Of a stretch of DNA of 64,000 nt, positions 60,250 through 64,000 are shown piece after piece. Origin of the DNA: Cetorhinus maximus (Eukaryota); NCBI RefSeq assembly GCF_964194155.1, contig NC_135879.1, positions 173,104,001 to 173,168,000 on the forward strand, read 5' to 3'. The translations under genes and the position numbers were made by a program. Under the pieces are notes generated by a model, which was not told where the DNA came from, searched no databases, and was given only the letters and a program-made list of their open reading frames with translations. Within the stretch, counting starts at the first letter, position 1. The number at the start of each line of letters is the position of its first letter.

Positions 60250-63140
60250 CTAACAAATTTGCAGTATGGGGGAAGAATTGGATGAGGCCTGATATTGGGC
60301 ACGGCAATTACAAAGTGAAACTTTGTGCTACTTGCTCAGCAACGTGACTACAGCGTGCAGACCACCGTGAAATGTGCTGATTGCTGACTGCATGGTCAAT
60401 AGGGCGCCCAGGTATGTACCTGATTAAGATGACGCATGGTTGCCTGCACCTCTTAAAAGCAGCCTGCCCTTCTTAAAGGCTAGGTGGACTCATGTTGTAG
60501 GAGCTGCTGAAATAGTCAGGAAGACTTTGCTGGTTATAGAGTCATAGTCATAGAGGTCTACAGCACAGAAGAAGACCCTTTGGCCCATCGAGTCTGCACC
60601 AGTCAAACAAGTACCTAACTATTCTAACCCCATTTTCCACCACAAGGCCCATAGCCTTGTATGCCATGGCATCGCAAGTGCACATCTAAATACTTCTTGG
60701 TTGGTAGAGGACTACAATTAGAGAAATAGGCCTGAGGGCTCCAACATACTTGGATGCAGACCTGGAGCCCTTACTGATGGAGGTTGAAAGGAGAAGAAAT
60801 GCTATGTTTCCACAGGGGGCCAGAATGCTTTAAAAGCACATCCTGTGAGGAGAATAGGAGCAGATGACCAAGAAGAGAATGAGAAGATGACCAATTCCCA
60901 GAGCCTGTCCAGAAGGACCTGGCTATAGTGTGGGAATATAATTCAATTACCTCACATGACAGGTCAAAGGTGCATATTCAAATTACTTCTACCTACTGCA
61001 TCATGAGCCTCTCCTGCTGCTCAATGCATCATACCTCCATCACTCACCCATCAGCAATCAGAACTTATACTGAACATTCAGAGACTCCATCTAACCCTCA
61101 CACACTTAGCATGCTTCCAGCCTCAAACCCTATTCTTGCTACTTCCACATTCCTTCAGCTATAGAATGCACATCACCCAAACACTTTGCACAGTCATCAC
61201 TGACATTTACCCACTTTCTTGCAGGACAAGGTGGTACATAACAGCAGAGGGCAGAAGTGAACTGATAGTGTGACAGGCATACCTACATCTCCTGACCCCT
61301 GCATCCTGGCTGTGATTACGGTTGTTGCAACAATTGTTCCTGAGAACATCCAGGATGATATGTTCCTGCCTATGCACTTTCTCAAATCCCATGTCACCCT
61401 CATCCTGCTATCTGGCATGAAGTGCAAGTTGCAGATAGTGTGATCATGGACATCTTGCTTTCAATCCCACTCCCCTTCTCTCACCCCAACCCTCCCTCTG
61501 ACTTTCTGCTTTCAGATACCCAAGAGGTGCTACCTGGTCAGATACTACAGCCTCATTGTAAAGGGTGAGAACAACATCAGACCTCTGATGAAGAGGCACC
61601 ATTACATGACACGCACAGTCACTAGCTTAGAAACTAACACTATGGGTCTTCGAGGGTAGTATAGAGTCAGGATCAGAATGGGGTGAGTCAATGGGGACAA
61701 GTAGGCTGCAGTCAGACAAAGGAGAAAGGACAGTTTGTGTGTCAGTTCCCTGCAGGGTGAGGTTAATGATGAGTTCTGCTGCAAAGGATCTGATTGAGGA
61801 TTTCATTGGAGTGGCATACCGAAGAATGCTGATGGCCATGCGCACAGAAATGCCTGTTGCACTGGCATGCTTCTTGACACTATCAAGCAGCATGGAGGAG
61901 TCCAGCTCCAACTTTGTACAGGGCTACACGCGGTGTTTAGAGCCCATCCTTCCCAGATAGAAGTGGTGGCCAACAACATGACAACAGTTGTGAAGCAAGC
62001 TGAGGTGCAGTGTCTGGTGGGCAATGTCTCAGCTTCCATTGCAGCACAAGCAGACGCTACCCAACATCCTGGTGCTGCAATGGAAGCTCAGACTGAGGTC
62101 ATGCCTATTGCTGTGCAAGCCCAGTTTGGTGCCAAACAGGCTCAGCCCACTGCCATCATGGCTGCAGGCTCTCACAGCAATCCAGAAATCTGTTCTCCAA
62201 CAGGTAGGATCAGGGATAATTGGTGCCAATTGACTCATTAATGAGTCTAATTAACATCTCACTGCGAGCGGGCGAGTTTCCCACTTCTGGGAGGTGTCAA
62301 CTGTGGCTCAGTTCATAGCACCCTCGCCTTTGAATCAGAGGGTTGTGAGTTCATGTCCCACTCCCGGAAACCAAGAACTGTGATTGTACTCGAAAGAGTT
62401 GCAATCTGTGACTGTTGATAACGCGAAAGAGTTTCCCACTTCTGGCCCCTTCTGACCTTGGGCTTAACTGCAGGAAGATTTCCAACCACTGGGAGATTGA
62501 CACGTGATCTCTCCCATGATTAGCTGAGCCTGGCCGCCATGTTTCCTGCCACAATGGGCTGAATTAAATTCCACCCATTGTGATGTGAGAATGACACCTC
62601 AGGGGAACTGAAATCTGAGTATCCACTCCCAGATAGCTTAAAGAGAAAAAGGGGTCCTGGATACCTCATCCTTGCTTTTCTCCTTTGCCCTCTTCCCCTT
62701 TCTTTTTTCCTTCACTTCATCTCCCTCCTGAAATGTTCTCCAAGTGATTGGTGGCAACGGCTTTGTCCTCATGATAGCAAGGTTGTAGAGCATGTAGTAG
62801 ATAAATCATGAACTTGGAGACACATGCTGCAGTGTACTGAAGGGTACCCCTTGTGTGGTGCAGGCTGCAGAACCATTGCTTCAAGATGTTGTTGGTTTGT
62901 TCCACGATATTCTTGGTGGCTGCATGGCTCACATTGTAGACGTGCTATTCCTGCCTGGTTGGGTGGCAGAGGGGAGTCATAAACCAGGTGTAGAGCAGGT
63001 TTCCCTTGTCACACAGCAACTAATCTCTGGTTCTGTCTATGGGGCCAAAGATGGTTGGTACAGCTATACCAGCTGCTGCTAGGATAATGGCCATTCATGA
63101 CAGGATATTCTGGGTTACACACCAGCTGCATGTTAATGGA
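60250..63140 (+). mobile_element. Old Harbinger remnant (Myb + ~60730-60970, transposase - ~62700-63140) with CR1 tail insert at 60537-60697
   Basis: RAPTYLDADLEPLLMEVERRR Myb-like start; minus strand HAATKNIVEQTNNILKQWFCSL..LQY. Confidence 0.75.
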
Positions 63141-63149
63141 GTAGTAGTT

Positions 63150-63770
63150 ATAATCTTCCAAAATTCCTCAGCTTCTGGAATGGTCCCAGTCAGTTGAGAG
63201 GGAACAAATGTAACACTGCTGTTCAAGATAAAAGGGGAGAGAAAACAGGAAACTACTGGCCAGTTAGCTGACATCAGTTCTTGGGAAAATGCTGGAATCC
63301 ATTACTAATGAATTGGTAACAGGGCACTTAAAAAAATCATAATATGATTAGCCAGAGCAACAGTGTTTTACGAAAGGGAATTTGTGTTGGGCACGTATTA
63401 GAATTTTTGATAATGTAATTACCAGTTTAGCTAAAGGAGAACTAGTGGATGTGTGTACTTGAATTTTCAAAAGGCATTCAGTAAGTTGCAATATGCAAGA
63501 TTGTTGCACAAGGTAACAGCTCATTGAACTGGGGAAAATATTACTATGAATAGAGGTTGAAGGACAGAAACCAGAGTAGGAATAAATGAATCATTTTCAG
63601 GTTGGCAAGTTATTACTAGTGAAGTGCTGCAAGGATCAGGACTGGAGCTTCAGCTATTCACGGGTTATATTAATGACTTAGATGAAGGGACCGAGTGTAA
63701 CATATCCAAAATTTCTAAGGATACAAAGCTAGGTGGGAAAGTAAGCAGTGAGGAGGACACAAAATGTTTG
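63150..63770 (+). mobile_element. CR1 LINE RT fragment
   Basis: TGNYWPVS, VYLNFQKAFSK and INDLDEGT motifs, degraded. Confidence 0.85.
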
Positions 63771-64000
63771 TGGGCTTAAAGTCTAAAAATCTCTTTCCCC
63801 ACCCAAATATGCCTCTAACCGATCCATTTCTGACTTCAGTGAGGCCAGAAGGTGGGAAGGCAACCAATCTGATCCCCAAGTGTGGTCATCATAGTATATT
63901 GATTGCCTAAACATCCTAGTCATTGACATTCATCTTATTTTAAATTACAAACAAAAAAAAAAACAATGGAATAGAACTGATTGTACTACTTTCATATTGC

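Noticed and set aside
1-63140. Common orientation of all four Harbinger Myb genes
   Set aside because: Four of four is compatible with chance, and the transposase fragment at 1087 points the other way.

Overview
Eukaryotic, repeat-rich non-coding DNA. The repeat families suggest a cartilaginous fish (shark); this is inference. No host protein-coding gene can be confidently recognised. Nearly all listed ORFs are transposon fragments or chance ORFs. Contents: (1) PIF/Harbinger DNA transposons, including a near-complete copy at 54312-58801 (TIRs, a three-exon Myb/SANT gene on +, a convergent HARBI1-type transposase on -), three older copies, and eight related ~450-700 bp MITEs built from internal palindromes. 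(2) Two families of Penelope-like elements (RT + GIY-YIG) whose pseudo-LTRs carry minimal type-I hammerhead ribozyme motifs. These include tiny non-coding fold-back derivatives, one with a clean 11-bp TSD, and are the most interesting system here. (3) Many CR1, L2, RTE and Tx1 LINE fragments and tRNA-type SINEs, often nested with readable TSDs. (4) Unique AT-rich islands resembling conserved non-coding elements, a locally duplicated ~520-bp exon-like cassette and an adjacent 31-bp hairpin. Coordinates were read by eye, and boundaries of old repeats are approximate.
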